64,000 nucleotides of DNA from Desulfatiglandales bacterium. Its GTDB lineage: Bacteria; Desulfobacterota; DSM-4660; Desulfatiglandales; HGW-15. The notes beneath the pieces were generated by a model. That model was given only the letters and a program-made list of their open reading frames with translations, was not told the origin of the DNA and did no database searches. Location: NCBI GenBank assembly GCA_963667015.2, contig CAXXJJ010000001.1, positions 416,001 through 480,000 of the forward strand, written 5' to 3'. Made by a program: the position numbers and the translations under genes. Positions 10,894 through 20,359 of this stretch are shown piece by piece (within the stretch, counting starts at the first letter, position 1; each line of letters opens with the position of its first letter).

Positions 10894-13032
10894 TTAGGAA
10901 ATGCCATCAGAAAGATAGCATACGTTCTTCAAAGGACATACTGTTTCTTCACTCTGTTTATGGGTGCGGTCATATATTTTTTCAATAGCCTTTTCCATGG
11001 TAGAAAAGACATTCTCTTCGCCTATCTTTTCCATGAAGTGTGTTCGTTTCAGGACCGTCATGACCGTTTCATTTACACCGCTTACTGATATATCTAATCC
11101 GGCACTCCTGATCCTGTCAACAAGAAGTGTCAGGGTTTCCTGCCCTGATGCATCTATATCATTTATTCCGTTAGAAACAATTATTATGTGTCTCAGATTC
11201 GGTTTGGCCTTCATTATTTTCATTATTTCGTCTTCAAGATAGCTTTCGTTGGCAAAGAAAAGAGGGCCGTCGAACCTGATCATTGCAATATATTCGCATT
11301 CCTTGAGCCCGTGTGTCTCTGCACACCTGAATGCCTGATCTTCGGACCTTGCAAGAGTTGCTACTCCGGGCCGCATGCTTTTATACAGGAATACAAGCAG
11401 TGAAAGGACTACTCCAATCATTATTCCGTAGCCAAGGTGTGGAGCGAAAATTAAAGTACATACAAAGGTGATTATTGAGATAAGGCCGTCATACCACTGG
11501 GCCTGCCATGCATGGACAAATCCGGATACGTTGACAAGCCCTATTACGGCCATCATAATTATTGAGGCAAGTACCGGTTGGGGCAGGTGGTAAAGAAGCG
11601 GTGTGAAAAAAAGGAGAACTATCACAACCACCAGACTGGTGAATACACTTGAAAGACCGGTCACGGCTCCTGACTGGAGGTTTACCGCAGATCTTGAAAA
11701 TGAGCCTGAGGTGGGATAACTTTTTCCAATGGCTCCCAGAATATTGGCAAGTCCCTGGCCTATGAGCTCCCTGTCGGGATTGAGACGCTGTCCTGTCTTA
11801 CCTGCCATGGCCTTGGCAATTGAGATTGCCTCCATAAAACCCAGAAGGGATATAATTACTACATAGGGAAACAGGTGCCCGATAACCCGAAGGTCAATTT
11901 TAGGAATGGTCAGAGACGGCAGTCCCTTTGGAATTGTGCCCACGACAGCACCCCCGCCGGTCATTGTAATGCTGTTCAGATCCAGGGCAGTATTGCCTAA
12001 CTTGATTCTCCATGTATGACCTTCAGCTTCAGAACCCTCAGGAGCTTCATCCTTAAGGTAAAAACTGAGAGAGCCATCCGCAGAGGGTACTGCCATGAAG
12101 AGGGACTCTCTTAGCCGGGTTCGGTAAAGGTGGGATTTTTCCTTTGCCTCCTCAATTTCCATATCGGCTATGCTTACTTCATGTTCGGATTTAAGTGCCC
12201 TGAAATTTTCATGGTTTTTATGAGCCTCTTCAATCTCATTGAAAAAGAGAGCTTTATTTTCCGCCAGGGCATTGATTTTATTAGTCTCTTCGTTGAAATT
12301 TTTTAAGATCTCAACCGTGGCAGGGGAGTTTATCTGGCTGATATCTATTTTTTTGTTGTTTTCAAAATTAAATCCCCATGAAATTAAAGTTGTTATTACA
12401 ACCGCAACAAGTACATTGGGGATCTTGGGTGAAAACCATTTCAGCCCATACATCATGGCAAAGGCAACGGCCCCCATTAAAAGCGTAGGCCAATGGGTAT
12501 AATGAAATGCTGCCTGTATGACCCTGATAATAGTCTCATAATGATGCGTGCCGCTGTCAACATAAACTCCAAAAAGTTTTGAGAGCTGGGATGATGCTAT
12601 AATTATTGCGCCTGCATTTGTAAAACCGTTGACCACCGGGTGAGATAGAAAGTTGACAACAAGGCCGAGTCTGAGCACGCCCAGTAAAAACTGGAATATT
12701 CCAACCATCAGGGCAAGAAGTATTGCATAGGCTATAAATCCCGGGCTTCCGGTTGCGGCCAGGGGTTCAAGGCTGGCCTGGGTCATGAGAGAAACAATGG
12801 CAACCGGTCCTGTTGCAAGCTGCCGGCTTGACCCGAATAGGGCAGCAATCATGGGCGGCAAAAATGATGCATACAATCCGTAATAGGGTGGAAGACCTGC
12901 AAGCTGAGCATATGCCATTGACTGAGGGATAAGAACAAGGGCAACCGTGAGGCCGGAAATAATGTCGAGTCGAAAACTGTTAAAGGAATAATCCTTGAAC
13001 CAGCTTAGAAAGGGGAAAATTTTATTTAACAT
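10894..13032 (-). CDS. sulP: SulP/SLC26-family anion permease with STAS domain
   Basis: PQSMAYA, GLYASF, FGSSRQLATGP, GSFSRSA, C-terminal STAS (RFDGPLFFAN, IDASG); long soluble insertion mid-protein. Start at ATG 13032 or GTG 13041. Confidence 0.93.
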   Translation of the reverse strand: MLNKIFPFLSWFKDYSFNSFRLDIISGLTVALVLIPQSMAYAQLAGLPPYYGLYASFLPPMIAALFGSSRQLATGPVAIVSLMTQASLEPLAATGSPGFIAYAILLALMVGIFQFLLGVLRLGLVVNFLSHPVVNGFTNAGAIIIASSQLSKLFGVYVDSGTHHYETIIRVIQAAFHYTHWPTLLMGAVAFAMMYGLKWFSPKIPNVLVAVVITTLISWGFNFENNKKIDISQINSPATVEILKNFNEETNKINALAENKALFFNEIEEAHKNHENFRALKSEHEVSIADMEIEEAKEKSHLYRTRLRESLFMAVPSADGSLSFYLKDEAPEGSEAEGHTWRIKLGNTALDLNSITMTGGGAVVGTIPKGLPSLTIPKIDLRVIGHLFPYVVIISLLGFMEAISIAKAMAGKTGQRLNPDRELIGQGLANILGAIGKSYPTSGSFSRSAVNLQSGAVTGLSSVFTSLVVVIVLLFFTPLLYHLPQPVLASIIMMAVIGLVNVSGFVHAWQAQWYDGLISIITFVCTLIFAPHLGYGIMIGVVLSLLVFLYKSMRPGVATLARSEDQAFRCAETHGLKECEYIAMIRFDGPLFFANESYLEDEIMKIMKAKPNLRHIIIVSNGINDIDASGQETLTLLVDRIRSAGLDISVSGVNETVMTVLKRTHFMEKIGEENVFSTMEKAIEKIYDRTHKQSEETVCPLKNVCYLSDGIS

Positions 13033-13037
13033 GATAA

Positions 13038-13637
13038 TCACCTGCTAATTGATTTTTCTGCCTTAAGAATTCGTCGGCATGAATTGATAAGTTCATCATA
13101 AAGTGCTCCGGCATCATAAAGGTTATATGTGTTGAATCGTACAAGGGCATCAACCATACCGAAAATAATCATAGCTGTTTTCCTCGGGTGGACCTCCCTG
13201 TCGATAGAACCATCTTCCTGCCCGAGTGATATTGCTTTTTCAAAGATATCAATAAGGCAGTTGTAGATTGCTTCAAGATATTCCCTGCATTTGGGATTGT
13301 TTTTGGAGAGTTCATAGGCGTCATGTCTGTGGAGCAGTAAAAACCTGTCTTCCATTGATCCGGAAAGATAGAGGTAAAAGGAAATAATGTCCTCCATCAT
13401 CCGGATACCGCTGTCGAATTTCTGCTCCTCGATGTAGCGCTGGAATTCTTCAACAATACTGTCCCTGAATCCTTTCAGTATTGCCAGAAAGAGGCCTTCC
13501 TTGGTTTTGTAATGGTAAAAGATCGTCCCTTCGGCAGCGCCTGTTAACCTTGAAATTTCGGAGATAGGGGTCTCATTAAAGCCTTTTTGTGAAAAAAGGC
13601 CTGCAGCGACATCGAGTATTATCTGTTTTTTATTCAT
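13038..13637 (-). CDS. TetR/AcrR-family transcriptional regulator
   Basis: N-terminal HTH (LFSQKGF..TPISEIS..GAAEGTIFYHYKTKEGL). Confidence 0.94.
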   Translation of the reverse strand: MNKKQIILDVAAGLFSQKGFNETPISEISRLTGAAEGTIFYHYKTKEGLFLAILKGFRDSIVEEFQRYIEEQKFDSGIRMMEDIISFYLYLSGSMEDRFLLLHRHDAYELSKNNPKCREYLEAIYNCLIDIFEKAISLGQEDGSIDREVHPRKTAMIIFGMVDALVRFNTYNLYDAGALYDELINSCRRILKAEKSISR

Positions 13638-13656
13638 TTTTTTTCTCCATAATTAA

Positions 13657-13707
13657 ACTGAGCGCTCAGTCAGTTTTTTATAGTATCAATATTTCTGGTT
13701 CTGTCAA
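13657..13707 (-). promoter_or_regulatory. sigma70-like promoter and palindromic operator of tetR operon
   Basis: TTGACA (13707-13702), 16 bp, TACTAT (13685-13680) on the minus strand; perfect palindrome ACTGAGCGCTCAGT at 13657-13670, between promoter and start codon. Confidence 0.65.
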
Positions 13708-14149
13708 CAAAAAAAGGGTAGCAAAGCACTCTTAATCTGCTAAAAAAAGATAGAAAATGTAATACGTTTGATATATAATTTGGACTCTTAATCAGATTTG
13801 AGTAAATTGGACAGCTATATTAATTTTATAAAAATATTTTTTGGTAAAATATGGGTGAAAAGGCAGAAAAAAGACAGATAAAAAATAATCCTGACATAAT
13901 TGATTACCGTGGGGATTGCTGACGCGCATACCAGGACGTAGGTTTATGTCTAAGGATTCTTCCTCCGGGTAGGGCTTTTGAGTTTATACTTGAAAGGGAA
14001 AAGTATAATAACATCAAAAAGATAATTGACAGAAACGGCGGCAGGATTATTTCGGAATCAAACCTGGAAAATGGAGTTCAACTTAAGGTTTTAAAGGAAT
14101 CAAGAACTGCCTGATTTATTTCACCACGAACCACACGAAATTCACCCGG

Positions 14150-15481
14150 CTATAAAAACATCAGGATGAGCGAGGTGACAATACCTCCCCAAATTAACGC
14201 AATAATGCAGTATCCCATAATATCCCGAATACCAAGACCTGCAATCCCCAATAGTGGCAGTGCCCAGAAGGGCTGTATCATATTTGTCCAGGCATCTCCC
14301 CAGGAAACAGCCATGGCAGCCTTACCCAGATCGACACCCAGTTCCTTTGCCGCAGGCATGACAATCGGCCCCTGGACTGCCCATTGTCCGCCACCGGAAG
14401 GTACGAAGAAGTTAACGATTCCTGCGCTCAGGTAGGTGAAGAAAGGAAAGGTGGTTGGAGTAGAAATTTCCACAAACCATTCTGAAATAGAAGCTGCTAA
14501 TCCGGAATTAACCATCATGCCCATAATTCCAGCATAAAGCGGAAACTGCAGAACAATACCACCTGTATTTTTGATAGCATCGTTCAGGGCTCTAAGATAG
14601 TTGGCAGGGGTTTTGTGCAGGATAATTCCTGCAAATAGGAAAATCAGGTTTACACTATCTAAACCAAGGCTGCCTCCTCTAACAAAATAGATGATAATAT
14701 AAATGATACCAAAAATTCCAAGCAAGATGGAGATGATCATGCTGTTTTCCAGCTTTTCAGCCGGGGTCATATTGGCTTTATCCCTGACCTCAAACCCGGT
14801 AGAATCTTCTTCCAGCAATGCGGGGTCCACTTCTATGACATTTTCTTTTACCGGCATCATCATTTTATTGATAAGCGGTAAGGTGATCAGCAATATCACG
14901 CAAATTAAAATGTTCTGCCAGGCAAAAATGGTTTCAGAAACAGGTATTACGGTGCCGCCTGTAATTTCCTTCATGAAGCTGGCTGATGTTTCGGCAACTT
15001 TCAATGGAATGGAACCTGAAAGGCCCGCATGCCACACTATAAATCCTGTATAAGCGGATGCCACCAGCAAACCGTAATGAATACCTCTGACCTTTTTAGC
15101 CATCTCTCTGGCTAGCAAGGCGCCGACTATCAATCCAAACCCCCAGTTGATCCAGCAGGCCAGCAAAGCCACAAAGGTGGTAATCACAATAGCCTGCTCC
15201 GGGCTTTTAGCTAATCCTGCAATGGATTTTAAGCCGGATTCTATAATCTTTGTTTTTGCCAGTGTATGCCCGGTTACCAGAACCAGCACCATCTGCATTG
15301 CAAAAGACAGCAGTTTCCAAAAGCCATCTCCCCAGTATTTGATCATCTCCACAGGGGTCTGGGCCTCAAAGACCATCCCAAGAACAAAGACCGCAAATGT
15401 TAAAATGACAGCAAATAAAAATGCGTCAGGCAGCCACCTACGGACAATTTTACTGAATAAATCGGCAATTTTTCTGATCAT
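14150..15481 (-). CDS. atoE: Short-chain fatty acid transporter (AtoE family)
   Basis: WLPDAFLFAVILT, WGDGFW, WHAGLSGSIPL, FFVPSGGGQWAVQGP, WGDAWTNMIQPFWALP. Confidence 0.93.
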   Translation of the reverse strand: MIRKIADLFSKIVRRWLPDAFLFAVILTFAVFVLGMVFEAQTPVEMIKYWGDGFWKLLSFAMQMVLVLVTGHTLAKTKIIESGLKSIAGLAKSPEQAIVITTFVALLACWINWGFGLIVGALLAREMAKKVRGIHYGLLVASAYTGFIVWHAGLSGSIPLKVAETSASFMKEITGGTVIPVSETIFAWQNILICVILLITLPLINKMMMPVKENVIEVDPALLEEDSTGFEVRDKANMTPAEKLENSMIISILLGIFGIIYIIIYFVRGGSLGLDSVNLIFLFAGIILHKTPANYLRALNDAIKNTGGIVLQFPLYAGIMGMMVNSGLAASISEWFVEISTPTTFPFFTYLSAGIVNFFVPSGGGQWAVQGPIVMPAAKELGVDLGKAAMAVSWGDAWTNMIQPFWALPLLGIAGLGIRDIMGYCIIALIWGGIVTSLILMFL

Positions 15482-15508
15482 ATATCTCTCCGGTTGTTAA
15501 TACTTTTT

Positions 15509-15577
15509 GTGTCACGAGTTTGTCACAGTAATTGTCATAGTAATGTCACAGCTCGGTTTCACAGCTTGTCATAGCTT
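15509..15577. repeat. Degenerate tandem TGTCACAG-like repeats (11-14 bp spacing) at the fic 3' end
   Basis: tgtcacga, tgtcacag, tgtcatag, tgtcacag, tttcacag, tgtcatag in series, spanning the fic stop codon. Confidence 0.6.
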
Positions 15578-16621
15578 AGACAAAACATAATGTCGCGTTG
15601 GATCTGTCTGCCCAGTTCCTGTCTCATTTACTAACCTCTTTTCCAATAAGCCATTAAGGTCGCGTTGTAAACTGCGGCGATTAACCTCAGGGCAAAGCTT
15701 TTCATAGTCCTGAATAGTCAATCTCCCATACTGTAATATGTGGCCAACTGCTTTGCTCTGCCGTTCGTTTAAATTATATTTACCAGTCAAAACATCCAGA
15801 CGAATTATTAACTCTCCCAGCTCCTTTACTTCAACCATCTGAGTCTGTAAACCGGTAACAAAATATTCGAGCCATCCTGTCATATCCATATCGTTTTTAC
15901 GAACGCTCTGAATTGTCTTGTAGAAAGTCGGCCTGTCACGATCATAATATTCACTGATGGTAAACAGGCGTTTAAAATCATAACCGGCTTTATAAAGACA
16001 GAGGGTTGAAAGTAATCTTGAGGTTCTGCCATTACCGTCCAGAAAAGGGTGAATATGGACAAGCTGAAATTGTGCAATGCCGCTAATCAAAACCGGATGA
16101 ATTTCGATATCATCATTAAGCCATTTTACCAGTTGAGACATCATCATTGGAATATCTACTGCTGAAGGCGGTGTATAAATCGTTTCACCTGTCACAGAAT
16201 TTACAACATAATTTTGTATTCGTCGATATTCTCCCGGAGCAGCTTTTCCTCCCCTGACACCTTCAACAAGCTTTCGATGTATTTCCCGGATCATACCTTC
16301 TGTAATCGGGTCTCCACTGTCCAGACAATCAGAAACAAACTCAAAGGCATCCCGATAATTTAAAAGTTCCCTTGTGTCATCCGGATCTGCTTCAGGAACA
16401 GCTTTCCCGTTCCACAGCCGCTCCGCCTGCTCAATGGTCAAGCGTGTCCCCTCAATATGGGTTGTATGATGTGCTTCTTTAAGGAGGGCTTTGTTGCTCA
16501 TTTCCTTAACCCAGTCATCGGATAGTTTTGCAGCCTCCAGAAATCCACGGGCTCGTTCTATTTGGGTGATAGCCGATGTCATGGGGTTGGTTATGGTGAA
16601 TTTAGGGGTAAAGGTTATCAT
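15569..16621 (-). CDS. Fic-domain protein with C-terminal HTH
   Basis: Canonical [12 protein letters not shown] motif; TTHIEG near the N-terminus; C-terminal winged helix ([11 protein letters not shown]). Confidence 0.95.
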   Translation of the reverse strand: MITFTPKFTITNPMTSAITQIERARGFLEAAKLSDDWVKEMSNKALLKEAHHTTHIEGTRLTIEQAERLWNGKAVPEADPDDTRELLNYRDAFEFVSDCLDSGDPITEGMIREIHRKLVEGVRGGKAAPGEYRRIQNYVVNSVTGETIYTPPSAVDIPMMMSQLVKWLNDDIEIHPVLISGIAQFQLVHIHPFLDGNGRTSRLLSTLCLYKAGYDFKRLFTISEYYDRDRPTFYKTIQSVRKNDMDMTGWLEYFVTGLQTQMVEVKELGELIIRLDVLTGKYNLNERQSKAVGHILQYGRLTIQDYEKLCPEVNRRSLQRDLNGLLEKRLVNETGTGQTDPTRHYVLSKL

Positions 16622-17300
16622 GATTTATTCCTCCGTTTGGCGCTACGAACTCGATAAAGACGTTCGGTAAAACCACCTTCATTTTCAAAATCATACGCCA
16701 GCCGCTGGACCTGTCGGTCAAGTAAATAGCATGACAGGTTCAGCAAAGACAGCGCTGCATTGGCAGCCAGGCAAACGGAAGTCAGGGACTGACACGGACC
16801 TTCACAGACAGACACAGATGCACGGACCTGGTTGGGCACGGCAAAGTCATTGCTGGTCCGTGACAGTCCGTGTGTGTCCGTGCATTTTATTCTTTCACTC
16901 GCCACCCACTTTGCAAATTCCTTTACAGTCTGGGGTTTTTGCCTTTTAAAACGCGCTAACACCGGATGGTCCGGTTCCAGCATTGGCAAATCCCGCTGTC
17001 TCAAAAAATCCTCATAATCGAGTTTCAATTCTTCCAGACTGGCCCGGGCTACCTGGATCAGTTTCAGTTCTGTTTTCTTGGAAGTTGCAGAAGCCTGAGA
17101 GCCCTCGGCAATATTCTGAACCCCGGATCTTGCAGCCTGTACCATCTGATCTTTTGTCCGGCTGAACTTATCCACGTAGCGATCACAAAAACGAACAGTC
17201 ACATCATAGACTAACTGCGCCACCTGAAAACTTTTCAGTTTTCGGTAGCCACCGTGTTTTGGAATAAGTTCGGATATTTATTTTTCTCAGTTTTGGTCAT
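16618..17300 (-). CDS. Four-helix-bundle (IVS/Avd-like) protein; apparent frameshift near the start
   Basis: [56 protein letters not shown]. The conserved N-terminus extends upstream of the track's GTG (17223), but ATG 17300 is out of frame by one base. Confidence 0.8.
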
Positions 17301-17509
17301 AGGGCTATAATGTCTTTAATGGTTTGTTTGTTCAAAAAGAATTTCCTCATTTTTTTCAAACCGCGTAGCTATCTTTCAATATTTTCTGAATTATATCAAC
17401 ACGTTTCTCGGTTCAAAATATTTTTATTTTTTACTGAAATTTTCAGGATTTGCTTATTTTTTATTAACAGAAAAAGAGTAGGCGGGCAAATAATTAAAAT
17501 AATACTTTT

Positions 17510-19789
17510 TTATTGGCTGTTTTGCCTATCCGGGTTATCAAGCACCTTTCTGATGGCAAAGGCAATATCATTCACATTGATGGGTTTAATCATAAATTCG
17601 TTAATCCCGGCTTTTTGAGCTTCTTCCTCATTTATCTGATCGCTGTAGCCCGTACAGAGAATTACCGGGATATCGGGTCTTATACCTCTTATCTCCTCTA
17701 CAAGGTTTTTTCCGGTCATTTCCGGCATGGTCATATCCGTTATTACAAGGTCAAATGACCCGGAATTATTGCGGAATATTTCCAGGGCTTCAGGACTGCT
17801 GGTTGTTGTAGTCGTATTATAGCCGAGTCTTGTAAGGATTTTTTCCATGGCAGCTACTGCGGCCTTTTCATCGTCCACAAAAAGAACATGCTCTGTTCCC
17901 TTCGGGTGCTCTATTTTTATCTCTTTCTGGGTAATAAAAGGTTCATCAACCAGAGGAAGATATACTGTGAAGGTTGCGCCATGGCCTAGCTCACTCTTAA
18001 CCGCTATATCCCCATCATAATTTTTTACAATGCCATGTATAATCGCCAGGCCAAGTCCGGTCCCCTCACCCGATTTTTTGGTTGTAAAATAAGGCTCGAA
18101 TATTTTATCCAGTATCTCCGGTGCGATACCTGATCCTGAATCGCTTACTGTAAGAGTAAGATATTTCCCCTTCTTTAAATTTGTAATTCCATTTTTTCTG
18201 TCCTTTTTGATATCTACAGTGTCAAGAATAATATCAATAGCGCCGCCATTCTCCTTAATGGAATGAGCAGCGTTTGTACAGAGATTCATTACAATCTGGT
18301 TTATCTGGGTAGGATTGGCATATATGACGTCATGATCTGTTTTGTTTTCATACCTGATATCAACAGTGGTTGGAATAGTTGAGCGTAGAAATTTTATTGC
18401 CTCTTTGATAACCATAGAAGCTCTTAATGTTATTCTGTTATCCTTTCCCTTTCTGGCAAATGTCAGTATCTGTTTAACCAGGTCCCTTGCCCTTTTGGCT
18501 GCTTTATGGATTTCATTGATGCTCATTTGCAGCGGATTGTTTGGTGAAATATCTTCCAGCGCCATTTGAGAATGCAGAATAATCGGGGCAAGGATGTTGT
18601 TAAAATCATGAGCAATTCCTCCTGCCAGGGTGCCTATCCCCTCCATTTTTTGCGTCTGCTGAAGTTGGGCCTCGAGTTTTTTCTTCTCAGTAAGATCTTT
18701 CATAATACTGATACTCCCGGTGATTTCTCCAGCGTCATTGTAGACAGGTGAGGCGGTTAATAAAGCTGGAAAGACCTTGCCGGATTGATTCTGGACGTTT
18801 ACCTCTCCAGACCAGCTTTGACCCTGCCGTATTTCCTTATGGGTTCTGGTCGCATCTGCAATGCTGCTTTCAGGTATAATGAGGTTTAGTAGATTACGGC
18901 CGATAACTTCAGAATTTTTCCAGTCGAACATTTTTTCCGAGTAGGGATTCCAGTAGAGTATTTTTCCTTTAAAGTCTGTGGCAATAACAGATTGATCAAC
19001 TGCATCAAGCAGCTTTGCCTGAAACTTGAGCTGTTCCTCTGTATGATTAGCTCTTCGATACTGTTTACCAAGGATATAAAAGGTTCCAATCAGAGTAAAA
19101 AGTCCCAAAATACAAATGAAAGAATATGCAAGGAGGATTTTCTTTATTGTAGTCGCATTTAAGCTTTTATATGGCTCCAGAGGAACAGTAACGCTTATAC
19201 CTCCGATCAGATCACCTTCTTTATAACCCTGTTTCGCATGACATTTGAGACATGATTTTTCCGTAAACATAGGCTGCATAAACCTCAGGTATTCTACATT
19301 CCCGGCAGTAAATACACTCAGGAATTCTGACTTGCCCTTTTTAAATGATTCAAGAGCCTCAACCTCCCATGAGACCGGAGCATTGTCTGGCCTTAGCGGG
19401 TTCAGGCTGGTAAGGTGCCCCTTTACCCTATTATTTTTTTCGGTCAGTTCATAAGCCTGTCTTGTCATGTATGATGGATTTATCAGGGTCAGCAGTCTTC
19501 CGGATGGCGTGGAAATATCACGTTCCTCAATACCTTCAAGATATAAATTCGGTTTTGTAGTTTCAGTGACAGGGGCATAGGTTCCGCCATGTATGGACGA
19601 CCATCGGCGATAGACAATGTCTTTATCATAGTGTGCCGATGCCTCTACCCTGGCGAGTTCTAATGGGATATTATGCTGATTTTTTATTGCAAAAAAACAG
19701 GACGTGCCCATGACTAATATCCAGATGGCACAAAGCAGTATACAAATCCTGAGTATCCAGTTTCTCCCTTTCTTATGTTTTTCACTCAT
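17510..19789 (-). CDS. Hybrid histidine kinase: periplasmic haem-c (DUF3365/Tll0287-like) sensor, PAS, HisKA, HATPase, REC
   Basis: TM, LTSLNPLRPDNAP..CLKCH..GGISV, TM, PAS, GGIAHDFNNIL, GTGLGL, C-terminal REC. Confidence 0.9.
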   Translation of the reverse strand: MSEKHKKGRNWILRICILLCAIWILVMGTSCFFAIKNQHNIPLELARVEASAHYDKDIVYRRWSSIHGGTYAPVTETTKPNLYLEGIEERDISTPSGRLLTLINPSYMTRQAYELTEKNNRVKGHLTSLNPLRPDNAPVSWEVEALESFKKGKSEFLSVFTAGNVEYLRFMQPMFTEKSCLKCHAKQGYKEGDLIGGISVTVPLEPYKSLNATTIKKILLAYSFICILGLFTLIGTFYILGKQYRRANHTEEQLKFQAKLLDAVDQSVIATDFKGKILYWNPYSEKMFDWKNSEVIGRNLLNLIIPESSIADATRTHKEIRQGQSWSGEVNVQNQSGKVFPALLTASPVYNDAGEITGSISIMKDLTEKKKLEAQLQQTQKMEGIGTLAGGIAHDFNNILAPIILHSQMALEDISPNNPLQMSINEIHKAAKRARDLVKQILTFARKGKDNRITLRASMVIKEAIKFLRSTIPTTVDIRYENKTDHDVIYANPTQINQIVMNLCTNAAHSIKENGGAIDIILDTVDIKKDRKNGITNLKKGKYLTLTVSDSGSGIAPEILDKIFEPYFTTKKSGEGTGLGLAIIHGIVKNYDGDIAVKSELGHGATFTVYLPLVDEPFITQKEIKIEHPKGTEHVLFVDDEKAAVAAMEKILTRLGYNTTTTTSSPEALEIFRNNSGSFDLVITDMTMPEMTGKNLVEEIRGIRPDIPVILCTGYSDQINEEEAQKAGINEFMIKPINVNDIAFAIRKVLDNPDRQNSQ

Positions 19790-20034
19790 CTGTTGATCTG
19801 CTCCCTGTTTGATTGCTGTATAGCCCTATCTGTATGGAACGATCACAAGCTGTTCTCAGTTAAAAGGCAATAAAAAATATTTTATGCTGATAAGTCCTGT
19901 AAGCCCTGTAATGCGAATGAATGGAAATATAAAAATCAGTTTTGGATAGTATAAACCTGAATTCTTCACCGAATATCTGTTATAGTTATAAAATCCTTAT
20001 CAGGGCATCGAATGAAAAATTTAGGGGATAAAAA

Positions 20035-20346
20035 TTAGTGTTCCGGTAAAAAAATATTTTTCTTCTCAGGATCTTGCTGTTCTCTGTACAGGATAGCTAT
20101 ATGTCCGATAGTTCCTGCTATTTCTGCCTTTGTCCTTTTGCAGAGTTCTTCGGTTATTTCCGCTTTTTGATCCTTTTCCTTAAATTCATTGAATTTTACC
20201 TTTATCAATTCATGCCTTTCGAGTGCCTGATCTGAGGATTTGACAAGATCGTCAGTGAGCCCTTTCTGGCCGATCAGTACAACCGGTTTTATATTATGAG
20301 CCAGTCCCCTGAGATATTTTTTTTGAAAACCTTTTAATTTACCCAT
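20035..20346 (-). CDS. yhbY: YhbY/CRM-family RNA-binding protein
   Basis: KKYLRGLAHNIKPVVLIGQKGLT..HELIKVK..TIGHIAILYR. Confidence 0.93.
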   Translation of the reverse strand: MGKLKGFQKKYLRGLAHNIKPVVLIGQKGLTDDLVKSSDQALERHELIKVKFNEFKEKDQKAEITEELCKRTKAEIAGTIGHIAILYREQQDPEKKNIFLPEH

Positions 20347-20359
20347 TTATTTATACCTT

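Noticed and set aside
13886..13960. Riboswitch in the atoE-tetR intergenic hairpin (aatcctgacataa / ttatgtctaaggatt)
   Set aside because: Imperfect stem only; no aptamer consensus I can recognise.
16618..17300. Diversity-generating retroelement suggested by the Avd-like four-helix-bundle gene
   Set aside because: No reverse transcriptase and no template/variable repeat pair seen in the window.
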